A DNA stretch of 64,000 nucleotides from Candidatus Aminicenantes bacterium (lineage in GTDB: Bacteria; Acidobacteriota; Aminicenantia; Aminicenantales; UBA8522), in contig CAVSCD010000004.1 of assembly GCA_963726335.1 (NCBI GenBank), positions 472,904 to 536,903 on the forward strand, in the 5' to 3' direction. Position numbers and translations under genes: made by a program. This document shows positions 38,064 through 48,565 of this stretch, piece after piece. Each line of letters opens with the position of its first letter. The stretch's first letter is position 1. The notes beneath the pieces were generated by a model, which was not told the origin of the DNA, searched no databases, and was given only the letters and a program-made list of their open reading frames with translations.

Positions 38064-40197
38064 ATGAGCAAACGGGGAGCCGGTTCGATCAGTGGTGTCG
38101 TCCTATTGGCCGCCTTCGCGGCGGCCGGGGCGTCGTTGCTCAGGACAACCCTATCGGCCTCACAGGCGGCAGCGGCTCCGGCCGCGGCGGCGGCGCCCCG
38201 CTTCGAAACGATCCTCTACGGCGCCTCTTACTACCTCGAATACATGCCTTATGACCGGCTCGAAGAGGACGTCCGGCTCATGGAAAAAGCCGGGATCAAT
38301 TTCGTGCGCCTGGGTGAATCCACCTGGGGCGTGATGGAGCCGCGCGACGGCGAGTTCGATTTCGCCTGGCTCGAGCGGATCATCGACCGCCTGCACAAGT
38401 CCGGTATCAAGGTCATCCTGGGCACCCCGACCTATTCCATACCCGCCTGGCTCTTTAAGAAGCATCCCGAGATCCAGGTGAAGCCGATCAACGCGCCCCG
38501 CTACACTTACGGCCTCCGGCAGATGACCGACCTCACCCATCCGACATATCGTTTTTACGCCGAGCGCATCATCCGCAGGCTTGTCGCCCGATTCAAGGAC
38601 CATCCGGCCATCATCGGCTATCAGCTCGATAACGAGACCCATTCCTCGGGGACCGCCGATGCGCATGTCCAGGCCATGTTCCGCGGGCGCGTCCAAAAGA
38701 TATTCGGCACTCCCGCCGCCCTGAACAAAGCCTGGGGCCTGAACTATTGGGGACAGAATATCGCGGATTTCGAGGACCTGCCGCCCCGCGACGGCATCCT
38801 CAACCCGGGCTATAAGCTCGAATGGGAAAGGTTCCAGCAGCAGATCATCACCGATTTCCTGACCTGGCAGGCCGGGATCGTCCGTGAGCTCAAGAGGCCG
38901 GACCAGTTCATCACCCACGATTTCGCCGGCTTCCCCGCGGACGCCGACCTCTTCGAGATCGCGCAAGAGCCTGGACGTCCCGGCGGTCAATATCTACCCC
39001 GGTTTCCAGGACGCCATGGACGGCCGGTTCTTCGCTTTCTGCGGCGACGTCAACCGCTCCCTCAAGGGCGGGAACTACCTCGTTACCGAGACGACGGCCC
39101 AGACGACCGGCTGGGATTCGAAGTCGCAGCTTCCGCCGTATCCCGGCCAGATGCGCCTGGCCGTCTACGCCAACATCGCCTCGGGGGCGGACCTCGTCGC
39201 CTATTGGCACTGGCATTCGCTCCACTACGGGCAGGAGACATACTGGAAAGGAGTGCTGTCCCACGACCTCGAGCCCGGCCGCGCTTACGAAGAGGTCAGC
39301 CGGACCGCGCAGGAGCTCAAGAGGGTCGGGCCCGCTCTCGCCGGCCTGAAAAAGAAAAACAGCGTGGCCATCCTCTTCAGTTTGGATTCAATGCACGGGC
39401 TCAACATCATGCCGTTTGACGACAGCGTCAACTACATGACCGTGCTGAACAGGCTCTATGAAGCCCTGTACAAGCTCCGTGTGGAGACAGACTTCATCTT
39501 TCCGGAAAGCCGGAACCTGGCGGACTACAAGCTCATCATCGTGCCCGCGCTCTACATCGCCGGCGACGCCCTCCTCAACCGACTCGCTGACTATGTCCAG
39601 GGCGGCGGCAACATCCTGATGACTTTTAAGAGCGGTTTCTGCGACGAGAACTCGACGGTGCGCTGGGCGCGGGCCCCCGGTCCGCTGCGCGAGGCCGCGG
39701 GATTATCGTATCAGGAGTTCACGAACCTCAAGTCGTTGCTCGCCCTGAACGGCGACCCGTGGGGCGCGGGAAAGCATAACACGGTCTCCACCTGGGCCGA
39801 ATACCTCGTCCCGGAGACAGCCAAACCGCTAGCTTATTACGACCATCCCGTCTTCGGCCGCTATCCGGCGATCACGAGGAACACGTTCGGCAAAGGAACG
39901 CTGACCTACCAAGGCACACTGCCCTCGGCGCCGCTTCAGGGGAAGATCCTCGAACAGGCGCTCAGAAACGCGGGGGTACCCCTCGCGGACAACAGCCTTC
40001 CCTCCGCCGTCCAAGTCAGGCACGCGAACCTGCGAAACGGAAAGAGCGCGCATATCTATCTCAATTTCTCCGGCGGACCGCTTGAGATCATCTACGGCTA
40101 TGGCGAGGCGATGGAAATCTTATCCGGCAAGCCTGTCGCGAAAGCCCAGAAGATCGCGCTCGCGCCTTGGGACGTCGCCATCGTCGAAGAGCGCTGA
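38064..40197 (+). pseudogene. GH42-family beta-galactosidase, interrupted by an apparent +1 frameshift near 38961-38966
   Basis: N-terminal and C-terminal GH42-like halves lie in two overlapping frames (ORFs 38064-39419 and 38884-40197). Deleting one base in 'gcgcaagagc' gives the continuous 'DLFEIAKSLDVPAVNIYP'. Confidence 0.7.
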
Positions 40198-40199
40198 GC

Positions 40200-40450
40200 G
40201 CCGCGAGGGGGCTGATCGCCTCCCCTTGACCTCGCGTCTTCCTCGTGTTATCCGCCTCAAGCCCTTGGGCGAGGAAGAGACGGGCGGGGTGATTTCTTAT
40301 TTCAAGTGGAAACTCGAGCGAGGTTTGGCTGACCGGCCTGCCGACCTATTCCGGGATCGGACGAGCTGATCGCGGATTTCCTTGAAATGGGCCTTGGGAT
40401 ATGGAACGCCGGGACCTGGAGCCAGATCGGCGCAGGGAACCCCCAATAGA
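40200..40450 (+). pseudogene. Relic of a third SBBP/FG-GAP beta-propeller paralog (promoter, N-domain fragment and last ~25 codons only)
   Basis: 40228-40266 resembles the big1 upstream region (cttgac(c/t)tcgcgt(c/t)ttcctcgtg). 'GEEETGGVISYFKWKLERGLADRPADLF' matches big1 'GEEKTDTVISYFKGEPGDWEAGLPTYSKIV'. 'ADFLEMGLGIWNAGTWSQIGAGNPQ*' matches the big2 C-terminus 'DFLEMGIWVWDAGAWSQIGAQNPQ*'. About 260 bp, including flank, is ~90% identical to 48470-48730. Confidence 0.55.
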
Positions 40451-40557
40451 GGACCGGCGGGCCGGTTAATTGGCCGAAAAATCCGGCGCCGCGCTCGAAA
40501 TCTGGGTCCAGCGATGGAACCTGCCGTCATAGAGCCATAGCCCGCCGGCGCCAAAGC

Positions 40558-41781
40558 TCACGGCGAGGGCCGTGTTTTGCCGTCCCCCCAATAGTCTCCC
40601 GCGACCATGAACACCGGGTTCTCGGAACTGAGCTGGGTCCATGATTCGCCGTTGGCTTCGTAAACCCAGAGCCCTTTATCCCCGAAATCGACGGCCAGCT
40701 CGTCGTCGTTCAGCGGGTACTCCTGGTTAAAATCAAACGGCTCGCAGAACCCGAACGGGTCCGGGGTCGTCGCGGAGATCTGGACTTCTTGCCCCGGGAA
40801 AGCATCGTAATAATGCCAGTAATAGATGCCGGGCTTAAAATTATCCAGAATAACGAGGCCGGGATAGGTGGAATTGAGATTTGCGGCCTTGAGCCGGTTG
40901 ACGTCGTCCGAGCTGATCTGAAGCCAGTAGGAATCGGTCCCGGCTTTAAGCAGCCAGAGACCCAGTTCGGCGAAATCCATGACCAGGTCTTCGCCATGGC
41001 CGGGATTCGTGAACTTGGCGGACGCGTGATCGTCCTCGAGGTTCGCGGTCGCGGTGACTTGCCGGACCTGGGTCCCGTCGAAGATGATACTCCAGACCCC
41101 GTTGCCCGGAAAACAAAAAGTGCCGTCTTGCTTGTCACGAACCTGAGAATTCAGCCCGTGGCTGGGCTCAAGGGCGAAGCCCCTCACCCAGCTTGTCCGA
41201 TAATGCCACAGGCCGAGCGCGCCGAAATCGACGTAGAGACGCGCCCCGCCCCCGATAAAACCCCAGACCGCGTTCGTGCCGCTGAGCTGGGTCCAAACCC
41301 CGTTGTAAGCGCCCCGGTATTCCCATACCCATAAACCCGTATCGCCGAAATCCCCGACCAGCTGGACCCCGTACTGGTAGTCGGGACCGGCGGTGGCTGT
41401 TGTCCAGGTTCCTATGATCCAATCCGGGTCGGCGGCCGAAAGCTGGCGCCAACCGCCGTCATACAGCCAAATACCTTTGGCTCCAAAGTCACAGGCGATC
41501 TGCTGCTTGCCATAAGTCTTCAGCAAATTGCCAAAGATGACGCCCCGGTAGATGCCGAGGCCGGTTTCCATCGAATTCGCAGTTTGAATTCCCGGCTCAT
41601 GGGGCCTCTTGACGGCATCCTGACCGGTGCCGGGAGCCGAGTCGTATCCCAGGATCTTTTCTCCGGCGGCGATGGTTTTCGCCGCGGGAAGCCGGTCCGA
41701 GTCCGGCGAAGATTGGTGGGAACCGGCGCTTAGCACCAACAGGAGAAGGACCAGCAGGAAGAACATGCGCGTGTTGAACAT
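40558..41781 (-). CDS. Secreted repeat protein, paralog A (FG-GAP/beta-propeller-like 'DFGxxGLWxY...W(R/T)QLS' repeats)
   Basis: Signal peptide present. About 60% identical to the protein at 48566-49846 (shared 'GEKILGYD(S/A)APGTGQDA(V/I)KRP', 'CDFGA(K/Q)GIWLYDGGWRQLS' and 'DDELAVDFG'). A GAGGAGG SD is present. Confidence 0.7.
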   Translation of the reverse strand: MFNTRMFFLLVLLLLVLSAGSHQSSPDSDRLPAAKTIAAGEKILGYDSAPGTGQDAVKRPHEPGIQTANSMETGLGIYRGVIFGNLLKTYGKQQIACDFGAKGIWLYDGGWRQLSAADPDWIIGTWTTATAGPDYQYGVQLVGDFGDTGLWVWEYRGAYNGVWTQLSGTNAVWGFIGGGARLYVDFGALGLWHYRTSWVRGFALEPSHGLNSQVRDKQDGTFCFPGNGVWSIIFDGTQVRQVTATANLEDDHASAKFTNPGHGEDLVMDFAELGLWLLKAGTDSYWLQISSDDVNRLKAANLNSTYPGLVILDNFKPGIYYWHYYDAFPGQEVQISATTPDPFGFCEPFDFNQEYPLNDDELAVDFGDKGLWVYEANGESWTQLSSENPVFMVAGDYWGDGKTRPSP

Positions 41782-42037
41782 CCCCGGCCTCCTCGACCGC
41801 ACCTGACCCTGGAAAGGGGGAGAAGCGATTCTACCCTAAAACTATCTCCGTCCTCGGGCCGATGTCAAGTCAGGAGGGCCGGCGGCGCTTGACGTCCCTT
41901 GACTTCGCGTTTTCCTCGTGATATTCGTTTTCTCAAAGCCGACGCAAGGCGGCTTCCGAGGCCATGGAGAATTACTCGAATCCGTTTTCCTTCTGCTTCT
42001 GTTTCCATGCCTATTTTCCTCCGCCAGGGGGTGAAAA

Positions 42038-45000
42038 ATGAAAAGCGGCATCGTCGCGGGGAGCGCAGCTCTCATCTTTACTTTGGCCGCGGGAACGGCG
42101 CGGCAGGCGCCGACGCCGGGTCAGCCCCTCGGAGCAGGTCCCGGCCACAACCAACTGTCGTCAAGCCCGCCAACGCCTGTATTTGGGACCGGCGACCCTT
42201 CTTCGGCTCAGCCGAAAATGCTCGCCGATGTGGATTTCGGGAAGATGCCGGTTCACTTTGTCCCGAACCGTGGACAGCTGGATAAGCAGGTGGCCTACCA
42301 TGTCCAGGGCAAGGACAAGACCCTTTACTTCACGGCCGAAGGAATCACCATGGCGCTGGCGATGCCCGCGCCCGAGAAGGCGACTGAGGCCAGTGCCCCC
42401 GCTGAAGGCCGTTACGTGGTCAAACTCGACTTCGTGGGCGCCAACAGGGGCGTCAAGCCCGTCGGCGAGGAAAAAACGGACACCGTGATCTCGTATTTCA
42501 AGGGAGAGCCCGGCGATTGGGAGGCCGGGCTGCCGACATATTCCAAAATCGTCTACCGGGACCTCTGGCCGGGCATCGACCTTGTATACCGCGGCACGGC
42601 CGACCGGCTGAAATATGAGTTCATCGTTCATCCGGGGGCCGACCCGTCGATGATCAGGCTAGCCTATCGGGGCGCCGAGGGGATCTCGGTTGATAAGGCG
42701 GGAAGGCTTAATGTCTCGACCCCCGCGGGCGGCTTCCTGGATGACGTCCCCGTGGCCTATCAAGAAACGGACGGCCGCAAGAAAGAGGTTGAGCTCGCCT
42801 ACAACCTGGAAAAGGATATTTACGCCTACGGGTTCGATATCGGCGCCTATGATCCAGCGCAAACTCTCATCCTCGACCCGGCCATCTTTATCTACTGCGG
42901 CTATATCGGCGGCGCATCCGAGGATTACGGGCGCGGGATAGCCGTGGACGACACAGGGAACGTCTATATCGTGGGGGAGACGCTTTCGCCCGAGGCCGGC
43001 TTCCCCCTAGCGGTCGGCCCCGACTTGACCGAGAACGGGAGCTTCGATGCCTTTGTCGCCAAGATCGACCCCGCCGGGACGGGGCTGGTCTATTGCGGCT
43101 ATATCGGAGGCGCCGGTGAGGATCGAGGCTACGCCATCGCCGTGGACGGGGCCGGAAGCGCTTATATTACGGGGTACACGACTTCCCCAGAGTCCAGCTT
43201 TCCGGTGACCGTCGGGCCGGACCTGACTTATAACCCCGGCAGTCAAGCAGGGGTTATCGACGTTTTCGTGGCCAAGATCAATTCGGCCGGAACCGCGCTC
43301 GCCTATTGCGGTTACATCGGCGGAAGCGGACCTGAATCTGGATACGGGATCGCTGTGGACGCGTCCGGCAGCGCTTATGTCACTGGCTATACACAATCCG
43401 TCGAGTCGACTTTTCCCGTCGCTGTCGGCCCCGACTTGACTGCTAACGGATCGTCGGACGCCTTTGTCGCCAAGGTCAACCCTTCCGGCGCCTTCCTGGA
43501 TTATTGCGGCTACATCGGCGGTCAGGTGACGGAAATCGGATACGGGATCGCCGTCGACGGTTCGGGGCATGCCTATATTACGGGACAGACAACCTCCAAT
43601 GAAACGACTTTCCCGGTGGTCATCGGACCCGCCCTGACGACGGGCAGCTATGCTGGTCGCGTCATCGCCTTTATCGCCAAGCTCACTCCCGACGGCGCCG
43701 GCCTCGCGTACAGCGGCTTCATCCCGGGGACGCGCGGGGATCGACAGGACGGCGGGCATGGAGTTGCCGTCGACCGGGCGGGATGCGCCTGGGTAACGGG
43801 TTTCTATGACTCGAGTTATGGCACAAAGGCCATCCTTCCCAATGGGTTTGTCAGCAAGGTGACGGCCGACGGTTCCGCGCTGGCCTCATTCTTCAGAATC
43901 GACGGAAGGAACGTCCTTTGCTATGCCGCCGCCGTGGACTCATCAGGAAGCCCTTACATCGCGGGGTATGCGGAGTCCCTCACGACGACGACTGAAGGAC
44001 CGGATATAACCTATAACGCGGGCGGCGACGCTTTCGTAGCCAAGCTCAACGCCGCGGGAACGGCCTTTGTTTACTGCGGGTTCATCGGAGGAAGCACCTA
44101 TGATGAAGGCCGGGGCATCGCCGTCGATTCATCGGGGAACGCCTACGTCGTCGGCAGCACCCAGTCCGGCCCGTCGAGCTTCCCTGTGTGCGGCCGGCTC
44201 AACCCGGTCTACAGCGGACTCTCCGACGCTTTCGTGGCCAAGATCGCCTTTTACGAAACCCGCATCCTGAGGAACTGCGTGGGCGATTTCGACGGCGACG
44301 GCGCAGACGAAGCCGCGGTCGATTTCGGACAGGCGGGCGCCTGGATGTTTAACGGCGGGGTGTGGAGCCAGCTCGCCTTCACCAACACCGAGGGCCTGAC
44401 CGCGGCCGATGTCGACGGCGACGGCGATGATGAAATCGTCGCCGACTTGGGCGCGGGAGGCCTGTGGCTCTGGTCAGGTCCCGGGTGGAACGAGATCAGC
44501 GTCATGAACGCTGAAACCACGCTCGCCGCGGACCTGGACGCCGACGGGAGCGACGAGCTCATTGCCGATTTCGGCGCGCTGGGGCTGTGGGTCTGGAACG
44601 GGGGAGGCTGGACCCAGATCAGCGCCGTCAACGCCCTGCTTGTCGCGTCCGCCGGGCAGGCCGGCGGCTCCGCCGTCGTCGCCGACTTCGGAGCTGTCGG
44701 GCTCTGGTATTGGCTCGCCGGTTCCTGGACCGAGCTCGCGCCGCACAGCGTCTCCCTCCTGACGACCGGGAATTATGACGGCCTCGCCGGCGAGGACGTG
44801 GCCGGGGATTTCGGAGATTTCGGACTGTGGTTCTGGGACGGCTCCTCCTGGATCGATATGAGCCCGCTCCATGCGGACCAGGCGGTCGCCCTCGACGCGG
44901 ACGGCGACCTGACCAAAGAACTGGCGGGGGATTTCGGAGTTACCGGCCTGTGGCTCTGGAAGGCCGGGGCCTGGTCGGCGCTGAGCGGCGCCAATGCCGA

Positions 45001-45277
45001 GCGGGCGGTCGCGGCGGACGTCGACGGCAATGGTAATGACGACTTGGCCGCGGACTTCGGGACGCTGGGGCTATGGCTCCGGGCAGGAGGCGCCTGGAAT
45101 CAAATTTCCGGCATGGACGCCGAAAATATCCTGAAGGGCGACTTTGACGGCGACCATCAGGCGGAGCTCATGGTCGATTTCGGCCCGTCCGGTCTCTGGC
45201 TATGGAACGGCGGGGCCTGGAGCGAGATCAACGTCTTGAACCCGGACCAGGTCCGGGGCGGGAGGGCGGTCCGATGA
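42038..45277 (+). CDS. Large secreted beta-propeller protein 1: N-terminal conserved domain + ~8 SBBP repeats + ~12 FG-GAP-like repeats
   Basis: Signal peptide present. SBBP-type repeats 'YCGYIGG...G.GIAVD..GNAY(I/V)TG.T.S...FP..VGPDLT...DAFVAK(I/V)N..G' followed by 'D(V/L)DGDG.DE...DFG..GLW.W.GG.W.QIS' repeats. The stop TGA overlaps the next gene's ATG. Confidence 0.8.
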   Translation: MKSGIVAGSAALIFTLAAGTARQAPTPGQPLGAGPGHNQLSSSPPTPVFGTGDPSSAQPKMLADVDFGKMPVHFVPNRGQLDKQVAYHVQGKDKTLYFTAEGITMALAMPAPEKATEASAPAEGRYVVKLDFVGANRGVKPVGEEKTDTVISYFKGEPGDWEAGLPTYSKIVYRDLWPGIDLVYRGTADRLKYEFIVHPGADPSMIRLAYRGAEGISVDKAGRLNVSTPAGGFLDDVPVAYQETDGRKKEVELAYNLEKDIYAYGFDIGAYDPAQTLILDPAIFIYCGYIGGASEDYGRGIAVDDTGNVYIVGETLSPEAGFPLAVGPDLTENGSFDAFVAKIDPAGTGLVYCGYIGGAGEDRGYAIAVDGAGSAYITGYTTSPESSFPVTVGPDLTYNPGSQAGVIDVFVAKINSAGTALAYCGYIGGSGPESGYGIAVDASGSAYVTGYTQSVESTFPVAVGPDLTANGSSDAFVAKVNPSGAFLDYCGYIGGQVTEIGYGIAVDGSGHAYITGQTTSNETTFPVVIGPALTTGSYAGRVIAFIAKLTPDGAGLAYSGFIPGTRGDRQDGGHGVAVDRAGCAWVTGFYDSSYGTKAILPNGFVSKVTADGSALASFFRIDGRNVLCYAAAVDSSGSPYIAGYAESLTTTTEGPDITYNAGGDAFVAKLNAAGTAFVYCGFIGGSTYDEGRGIAVDSSGNAYVVGSTQSGPSSFPVCGRLNPVYSGLSDAFVAKIAFYETRILRNCVGDFDGDGADEAAVDFGQAGAWMFNGGVWSQLAFTNTEGLTAADVDGDGDDEIVADLGAGGLWLWSGPGWNEISVMNAETTLAADLDADGSDELIADFGALGLWVWNGGGWTQISAVNALLVASAGQAGGSAVVADFGAVGLWYWLAGSWTELAPHSVSLLTTGNYDGLAGEDVAGDFGDFGLWFWDGSSWIDMSPLHADQAVALDADGDLTKELAGDFGVTGLWLWKAGAWSALSGANAERAVAADVDGNGNDDLAADFGTLGLWLRAGGAWNQISGMDAENILKGDFDGDHQAELMVDFGPSGLWLWNGGAWSEINVLNPDQVRGGRAVR

Positions 45278-48200
45278 AAAAACGAGCCGTGTTCTTCGGG
45301 TTGGCGCTCCTGGCCGTCGTCCTGGCCGCGGGGATGATAATAGGCGGGCCGGCTCAGCCGACACAGCTATCCGCGAGACATCCTCAAGGCCCGGTCGGCC
45401 CATCCTCGACGGCAACGGATGTCCGAAGCGACGCCGATTATGGAAACCTGCCGGCCTACTTCATTCCCAACCGCGGTCAGATGGACAAGCGGGTGGCCTA
45501 TTACGTCAGGGGAAAAGACAAATCGCTCTATTTCACCTCCGGCGGCGTCACGCTGAGGATGGCGAACCCGGGAACGGGGCGCCGGTCGCCGAAAAGCCAT
45601 CGGCCGGCGGGCGGGCTGGGAAAGGCCGGGCCCCACGATAACGGCGAAGCGCGCGAGAACTGGGTCGTCAAGCTCGATTTCGTCGGGGCCGGGAAAGCGA
45701 TCGAACCCAGGGCCGAGAATGATACCGGCGCGGTCGTTTCCTATTTCAGGGGCCGGCCCGAAACGTGGCGGACGGGCATACCGACATATTCGCGGATTGT
45801 GTATGCGGGCCTCTGGCCGGGCATCGACCTCGTCTATCACGGCACCGTGGATCGCTTGAAGTACGAGTTCATCGTTCATCCGGGCGCCGACCCGTCGCGA
45901 ATAAAGCTCGCGTATCGGGGCGTCGACAGGCTCTCGGTCGACGGAGACGGGCGCCTGACAGTCTCGACGCCCGCGGGCAGCTTCCAGGATGATGTGCCGG
46001 TCGCTTATCAGGAAACGGCGGGAAAGAGAGTCCCGGTCGCGCTCTCCTACAAGCTCAAGCCGGCCGGCAAAAACGGTTCTGCTTACGGCTTCGACGTGGG
46101 CGGCTACGATTCAAGTCAGCCCCTTGTCCTCGATCCGGCCATCCTCATCTACTGCGGGTTCATCGGCGGAGACTACGAGGACGCCGGTTATGGAATCGCC
46201 GTCGACGCCTCGGACAATGCCTATCTCACGGGGCGCACCGCATCCAGCGCGGCGACATTCCCTTTAATCGTGGGGCCCGACCTGACGAAGTATAGCAGCC
46301 TCGACTCCGATGCCTTTGTGGCCAAGCTCAACCCATCGGGGACGGCGCTTGTCTATTGCGGATACATCGGAGGCAGCAGCACGGATTGGGGTAGCGGAGT
46401 CGATTATGATGCGGCGGGCAATGCCTATGTTACGGGTTCCACCACTTCGACCGCGGCGACCTTTCCGGTAACGGTAGGTCCCGGCCAGTCCTACGGCGGC
46501 AGCTATGATGCCTGGGTGGCCAAGGTCAACGCCTCCGGCACGGCCCTCGACTATTGCGGCTACATCGGCGGCTCGAGCGAAGACCGGGGCACGGGGATCA
46601 AGGTGGACGGATCCGGCAGCGCCTACGTCGTCGGGCGAACCGGGTCTTCGGAAGCCACGTTCCCGGCGGCCGGCGGTCCGGATTTAACGTTCAACGGCGC
46701 CGGCGACGCGTTCGTGGCCAAAGTCAATCCCTCCGGTTCGGCGTTGGTCTATTGCGGCTACATCGGCGGCACGGACAATGACGCCGGCAATGGCATCGCA
46801 CTCGACGGGGCGGGAAACGTCTATGTCACGGGCTCCACGTCGTCAATCGAAACGACCTTCCCGGTCGCCGTCGGTCCGGACCTGACCCAGAACGGCCGCG
46901 GCACCGACGCCTTCGTGGCCAAGGTCAACCCTGCGGGCACGGCCCTCGTTTACTGCGGCTACATCGGCGGCTCGGCCGATGATTCAGGCGGCGGCATCGC
47001 CATCGACGGCGATGGCTATGCGTATATCTCGGGGAGCGCCGCCTCGACTGAATCGACCTTTCCCGTCAAGATCGGACCCAGCCTGGTTTATGGCGGAGGG
47101 ACTTCCGACGCGTTCGTGGCCAAAGTCAGCGCGACCGGCGCGGACCTTGTCTATTGCGGCTATATCGGCGGCTGGGCATCCGATTCAGACTATTGGGGAC
47201 CGATCGCGGTCGATGACTGGGGGTATGTCTACGTCGCTGGGCACACAAGTTCAACCGAGCTGACCTTCCCCGTCGGCGGCGGGCCGGACTTGAGCTACAA
47301 CGGCGGGGGGGATGCCTTCGTCGCCAAGATCGACGAAACAGGCAGTTTTTTGGCTTTTTGCGGATACATCGGAGGTTCCAGGTCAGATTACGCCAGCGCC
47401 GTCGCCGTCGATGCCTTCGGCAATATATACGTGGTGGGCGGCACCGAATCGACCCAGGCCACTTTTCCGGTCACTGTGGGGCCGTACCTGACGAAGGGCG
47501 ATTCCGGCATCTATGATGACGTTTTTGTCGCCCGGATTTACCCTGGCGTCGACCGCGTCGCGCGGCACGCCGTCGGCGATTTCGACGGCGACGGCGCCGA
47601 CGAGGCCGCTTTTGATTTCGGAACCGAAGGCGCCTGGCTGTGGAACGGCGGGCCGTGGACGCAGGTCCTGGTCGGCGACCCGAAGCTCATGATCGCGGCC
47701 GACCTCGATGGAGACGACACGGACGAGATCATCGGCGCCTTGGGCGCCTCGGGCCTCTGGGCCTGGAAAAGCGGCACCTGGAACCAGCTGAGCGCGCTCA
47801 ACGCCGAGCTTGTCGCCGCCGGGGACTTGACCGCGGACGGGCGCCTTGAGCTGGTGGGCGATTTCGGCTCGGCCGGCGTCTGGTTATGGGACGGAGGCGC
47901 CTGGTCGCAAATCGCGGGTTCGGATGCCCAATCTCTGACTATTGCCGATCCCGGCGCGGCGGCCGCCAGGATCATCGCGTCCTTCGGGACGGCGGGACTC
48001 TGGGCCTGGTCGGGCGGCGCCTGGTCCCAGTTGAGCGGCGGCGCAAGCGCCTGTAACGTGACCGCCATGAGATCAACAGGTCCGGCTGGAGCGAACCTGG
48101 CCGGCAACTTCGGCCATCTGGGCCTGTGGCTGTGGGGCGGCGGCTCCTGGCTCCCGATCAGCGGTCTCGGTCCGGGCTGCATGACGGCGGCGGATGTTGA

Positions 48201-48549
48201 CGCGGACGGCGAGGAAGAGCTATTCGCCGACTTCTTCGCGGCCGGTCTGTGGATATGGAAAAGCGGAGTCTGGACCCAGACGACTGGAGAGCACGCCAAG
48301 TTCCTCATCGCCGCTGACACCGAGGGAGACGGCGCGCTGGAGATCGCCGCCGACTTCGGCCGGTTGGGATTATGGCTTTGGAAAAGCGGCGCCTGGAGCC
48401 AACTCAGGTCCGGGTCCGCGCGGAATATCATGGCCGCCGATGTCGACGGGGACGGCGCGGACGAGCTCGTCGTGGATTTCCTGGAAATGGGCATTTGGGT
48501 TTGGGACGCGGGGGCCTGGAGCCAGATCGGCGCCCAGAACCCCCAATAG
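45274..48549 (+). CDS. Large secreted beta-propeller protein 2 (tandem paralog of 42038-45277)
   Basis: Same architecture and high similarity to big1 (N-domain 'YFIPNRGQMDKRVAYYVRGKDKSLYFT'). The ATG at 45274 overlaps the upstream TGA (ATGA). A GGGAGGG SD is present. Confidence 0.8.
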   Translation: MKKRAVFFGLALLAVVLAAGMIIGGPAQPTQLSARHPQGPVGPSSTATDVRSDADYGNLPAYFIPNRGQMDKRVAYYVRGKDKSLYFTSGGVTLRMANPGTGRRSPKSHRPAGGLGKAGPHDNGEARENWVVKLDFVGAGKAIEPRAENDTGAVVSYFRGRPETWRTGIPTYSRIVYAGLWPGIDLVYHGTVDRLKYEFIVHPGADPSRIKLAYRGVDRLSVDGDGRLTVSTPAGSFQDDVPVAYQETAGKRVPVALSYKLKPAGKNGSAYGFDVGGYDSSQPLVLDPAILIYCGFIGGDYEDAGYGIAVDASDNAYLTGRTASSAATFPLIVGPDLTKYSSLDSDAFVAKLNPSGTALVYCGYIGGSSTDWGSGVDYDAAGNAYVTGSTTSTAATFPVTVGPGQSYGGSYDAWVAKVNASGTALDYCGYIGGSSEDRGTGIKVDGSGSAYVVGRTGSSEATFPAAGGPDLTFNGAGDAFVAKVNPSGSALVYCGYIGGTDNDAGNGIALDGAGNVYVTGSTSSIETTFPVAVGPDLTQNGRGTDAFVAKVNPAGTALVYCGYIGGSADDSGGGIAIDGDGYAYISGSAASTESTFPVKIGPSLVYGGGTSDAFVAKVSATGADLVYCGYIGGWASDSDYWGPIAVDDWGYVYVAGHTSSTELTFPVGGGPDLSYNGGGDAFVAKIDETGSFLAFCGYIGGSRSDYASAVAVDAFGNIYVVGGTESTQATFPVTVGPYLTKGDSGIYDDVFVARIYPGVDRVARHAVGDFDGDGADEAAFDFGTEGAWLWNGGPWTQVLVGDPKLMIAADLDGDDTDEIIGALGASGLWAWKSGTWNQLSALNAELVAAGDLTADGRLELVGDFGSAGVWLWDGGAWSQIAGSDAQSLTIADPGAAAARIIASFGTAGLWAWSGGAWSQLSGGASACNVTAMRSTGPAGANLAGNFGHLGLWLWGGGSWLPISGLGPGCMTAADVDADGEEELFADFFAAGLWIWKSGVWTQTTGEHAKFLIAADTEGDGALEIAADFGRLGLWLWKSGAWSQLRSGSARNIMAADVDGDGADELVVDFLEMGIWVWDAGAWSQIGAQNPQ

Positions 48550-48565
48550 AGGACCGGCGGGCAGG

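Noticed and set aside
47538-48494. 318-aa minus-strand ORF (plus 43007-43759 and 44251-45030 minus-strand ORFs)
   Set aside because: All lie antisense within the beta-propeller repeat genes. Their repeated Ser/Ala/Pro peptides mirror the sense-strand repeats.
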